Under the pieces are notes generated by a model. It had not been told where the DNA came from and did not search any database. It was given only the letters and a program-made list of their open reading frames with translations. From the NCBI GenBank assembly GCA_964650645.1, contig CAZYUH010000001.1:411032-475031 (forward strand): a stretch of DNA of 64,000 bases, read 5' to 3'. The first letter of the stretch is position 1; the number at the start of each line of letters is the position of its first letter. This document shows positions 63,902-64,000 of the stretch, piece after piece. Origin of the DNA: an uncultured Candidatus Saccharibacteria bacterium. Lineage in GTDB: Bacteria; Patescibacteriota; Minisyncoccia; Phycocordibacterales; SBAW01. The position numbers were made by a program, and so were the translations under genes.

Positions 63902-64000
63902 TTACTTTTCGAAGTCAAAGTACCTGGCTTCGGCAAGCCCGATAATTTCCACTTCCTTCGAATCGATAGCATCTCCCGGTTTGTAGACCTTGTCGCCCGT
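63902..64000 (-). CDS. 3' end of an unidentified minus-strand gene running off the window
   Basis: In-frame to window edge: ..TGDKVYKPGDAIDSKEVEIIGLAEARYFDFEK stop; followed by terminator. Confidence 0.3.
   Translation of the reverse strand, partial: TGDKVYKPGDAIDSKEVEIIGLAEARYFDFEK

Overview
High-GC (about 65%) bacterial chromosome segment, gene-dense and almost entirely + strand. A housekeeping backbone is recognisable: a GmhA/DiaA-like SIS isomerase fragment, secA, ccdA, obg, gatB, gap, rpiB, rpe, a split transketolase, a PfkB kinase, class II aldolase, rplY, rpmE, prfA, capA, rpsB, a short tsf and tRNA-Thr. This backbone is interrupted by an unusually large cell-surface complement. (1) An 18,006-nt ORF (6001 aa) is built from about 17 phage tail-fibre-like repeat modules. 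It has an N-terminal excisionase-type HTH plus single TM anchor, an internal LVIVD beta-propeller, a glycine-rich block, and a C-terminal intramolecular-chaperone (peptidase S74-like) autoprocessing domain. A 290-aa protein just upstream carries the same HTH domain. (2) Two tandem cassettes each pair a secreted glycine-rich protein with a translationally coupled small membrane-anchored partner. (3) An ~11 kb operon holds four further mosaic secreted proteins (one a Kelch propeller). They share N- and C-terminal modules and a conserved extreme C-terminal PE(V/Y)xE motif, and are interleaved with four paralogous small anchored proteins. Also present are two type IV pilin-like genes (one with a LamG lectin-like domain), a Wzy_C/PglL-like TPR membrane protein, a secreted lipase-like hydrolase, and SleB-like and MltB-like wall hydrolases. 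A REP-associated tyrosine transposase (RAYT) is bracketed by 21-bp palindromic REP elements, and the same element pair brackets the SleB cassette. A GC-rich hairpin-dense non-coding region with an intrinsic terminator lies next to an AT-rich island containing a consensus DnaA box. Many genes have a GGTAnnnT -10-like box only 5-12 nt upstream of the start codon and no Shine-Dalgarno, suggesting leaderless or short-leader mRNAs. No CRISPR array, rRNA or prophage structural module was seen. Assigning the window to a Patescibacteria/CPR-like episymbiont is inference from gene content only.
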